From positions 2,899,827 to 2,963,826 of the forward strand of contig OZ242366.1 of NCBI GenBank assembly GCA_965208945.1: DNA of 64,000 nt. Direction: 5' to 3'. Position numbers and translations under genes: made by a program. Below are positions 62,160 through 64,000 of the stretch, piece by piece. Source of the stretch: Bryobacterales bacterium (GTDB lineage: Bacteria; Acidobacteriota; Terriglobia; Bryobacterales; UBA6623). Each line of letters begins with the position of its first letter. Within the stretch, counting starts at the first letter, position 1. A model generated the notes under the pieces. The model was not told the DNA's origin, did no database searches, and saw only the letters and a program-made list of their open reading frames with translations.

Positions 62160-63425
62160 TCATGGACGGCGGCCTCGCCTGCGTTGCCTGCTTCGGTAGA
62201 AGTCCGTCCAGTCCAGGCTGGCGCGAGCATTGACGTCCCAGGCGATGCGGCCACCGTAGATGGTCATTTCGGCGGCGATTTTCTTGTCGCCCTCCAAGCG
62301 GCCGTTGCGCACGTCGAGAAAACCAAACTCGCCGCGGCCGACGCGCAGTACGGCAACGTCGGCAGGAGCGCCAACGCTGAGGTGTCCGAATTCGAGCCGC
62401 TTGATCTGTTGCGCGGGATTCCAGGTCGACATCTTGACTACGTCATAAAGCGAGATACCCCGGTTGAGGATCTTCGACATCACGTTGGTCATGTCTTTCA
62501 TGCCGCGATTCATGCTGCCGATGTGGAGGTCGGTCGAGATCGAGTCGGGAACCCAGCCCTGATCGATGGCCGGAACGGCCTGCCTCCAGAGAAAGCTGCC
62601 GCCGCCATGGCCCACGTCGAACTTGACGCCGCGCTTGCGGGCCTCGTGAAGATAGGGGCGCAGCTTGCCGTTCGCGTCTAGCATGGGAACGCGGCCCAGA
62701 TACATGTGGGTATACATGTCACCGGGGCGAAGGCGCTTGGTGACGAGTTCCTCGAAGGGCCGCTCGTCGGTGAATGAGCCGAAGTCGACCATGACGGGAA
62801 TGTTCGCCAACCTGCCGGCTTCGACGGCGCGGTCGACGGCGATCCAATCCGGCGCACTGTAATGGGCGGTTTTTATCCCGACGATCGTATCGGGATATTT
62901 ACTGGCCATCTCGGCGGTCGCTTTGGCGTCCATGTCGTCGGTGTTCTGCTCGATCTCACCGCCCCCCATACCTTTGCCGACGATATTCAGCATGGCGAGA
63001 ATTCGCGTCCGCTGGCGGTCGATGATTCGGTCTTTGAAATCTTCGAAATTGCGCCATCCTGCGCTGCCCACGTCGACGACCGTCGTCACACCGCTGCGGA
63101 AGCAGTGGCCGTCGGGGTAAACACTGTTGTCTCCTGAATAGGCGCCGCGCATCCCGGTGCCGGCGTAGACGTGGACATGGATGTCGACCAGGCCCGGCGT
63201 CACGTAGAAGCCGGAGACATCGATGCTCCGGCGGGCTTCGACGGGATCCATCGCAGGAGCAACCCGTGCGATTTTTCCGTTTTTCACGGCGACGTCCATC
63301 GTCGTGTTCAGGTTGTTCTTTGGATCGATAACGTGGCCGCCTTTGAGGAGCAGATCGTAAGGGGCTTCGGCTTGGAGGGAGCCGGCGGCGAGCATAAGCG
63401 CGATGATAAAGTGGATGGTTTTCAT
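62160..63425 (-). CDS. Secreted amidohydrolase-family metallohydrolase, paralog 3
   Basis: Signal peptide. LLKGGHVIDP, TPGLVDIHVHVY, DVGHGGGSF, STDLHIGS. Confidence 0.75.
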   Translation of the reverse strand: MKTIHFIIALMLAAGSLQAEAPYDLLLKGGHVIDPKNNLNTTMDVAVKNGKIARVAPAMDPVEARRSIDVSGFYVTPGLVDIHVHVYAGTGMRGAYSGDNSVYPDGHCFRSGVTTVVDVGSAGWRNFEDFKDRIIDRQRTRILAMLNIVGKGMGGGEIEQNTDDMDAKATAEMASKYPDTIVGIKTAHYSAPDWIAVDRAVEAGRLANIPVMVDFGSFTDERPFEELVTKRLRPGDMYTHMYLGRVPMLDANGKLRPYLHEARKRGVKFDVGHGGGSFLWRQAVPAIDQGWVPDSISTDLHIGSMNRGMKDMTNVMSKILNRGISLYDVVKMSTWNPAQQIKRLEFGHLSVGAPADVAVLRVGRGEFGFLDVRNGRLEGDKKIAAEMTIYGGRIAWDVNARASLDWTDFYRSRQRRRGRRP

Positions 63426-63452
63426 GGTGATATCTCCCGCTTGTCGTCTACC

Positions 63453-64000
63453 CTAGCGACGTGGGCGGCGGCGCTCCTGCACATCCTTCCAGTGGACGCC
63501 GGCACGTCCGTTCAAGTCCCACCGGACCTCTCCCTCTCGCAAGGTCAACTCGCATTCGAGCAGCTTGTTTCCCGTGAGGCGGGCTCCACGTGAATCGGCG
63601 AACCCGTAGACGCCGCGTTCATCACGGAAGACGGCCACATCGGCCACGGCGCCTTCGCTCAGGTGTCCGAGGTCGGTTCGCTTGATTTGATGGGCGGGGT
63701 TGCTGGTGGACATTTTGATGACGTCGTAGAGCGGAACATCGAGGTTGTAGATCTTCGAGACGGTGCGGATCATCGTCTGCATGCCGCGGTTCATGCTGCC
63801 GATGTGCAGATCGGTGGAAATGGAGTCGGGCGGAAAGCCTTGTTGCAACGCTGCTACCGCGACGTTCCAGCGAAAGCTGCCGCCGCCATGGCCGATATCG
63901 AAGTAGACGCCGCGCTGGCGGCCTGCGAACATGCCCGGGTTGATCTTGCCTGTTTGGGAGATCAACTCATCTCGGTTGCCGGAGAAGCAGTGCGTGTAGA
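63453..64000 (-). CDS. Amidohydrolase-family metallohydrolase, paralog 4 (C-terminal part; gene runs off the window end)
   Basis: DIGHGGGSF, STDLHIGSMNRGM, and the C-terminal ...WDLNGRAGVHW shared with paralogs 1-3. The frame stays open to base 64000. Confidence 0.7.
   Translation of the reverse strand, partial: YTHCFSGNRDELISQTGKINPGMFAGRQRGVYFDIGHGGGSFRWNVAVAALQQGFPPDSISTDLHIGSMNRGMQTMIRTVSKIYNLDVPLYDVIKMSTSNPAHQIKRTDLGHLSEGAVADVAVFRDERGVYGFADSRGARLTGNKLLECELTLREGEVRWDLNGRAGVHWKDVQERRRPRR

Overview
GC-rich (>60% by eye) bacterial chromosomal segment. The protein architectures (a CarboxypepD_reg-type TonB receptor, many Tat/Sec-exported hydrolases, an ECF sigma factor paired with a Ser/Thr kinase) suggest Acidobacteriota, but that is inference only. 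Housekeeping genes present: leuB (partial), leuA, gyrA, scpA, scpB, fumC, purC, cvpA. Accessory content: a selD fusion gene; two decayed toxin-antitoxin pairs; two tandem Tat-signal SelA-like PLP enzymes; an ECF sigma/kinase pair followed by three giant secreted hydrolase genes (4.8, 3.7 and 5.7 kb); a Pao-like periplasmic molybdenum hydroxylase operon; a di-haem peroxidase; and four tandem secreted amidohydrolase paralogs. The most unusual property is the non-coding DNA. Nearly every intergenic gap carries either a ~180-205 bp TA-flanked palindromic MITE-like element (called PAL here; 10 full copies plus 9 solo arms) or a strand-polar heptanucleotide tandem repeat (CACGARN)n. Two ~0.6-1.1 kb non-coding islands are mosaics of these modules. 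One PAL copy is split exactly at its hairpin apex by an IS110/IS1111-type insertion sequence. That IS has a long 3' non-coding end containing segments that match the target, so it is a candidate bridge/seek RNA. No rRNA, tRNA or CRISPR array was found. All calls rest on reading the sequence and ORF translations; no database search was run.
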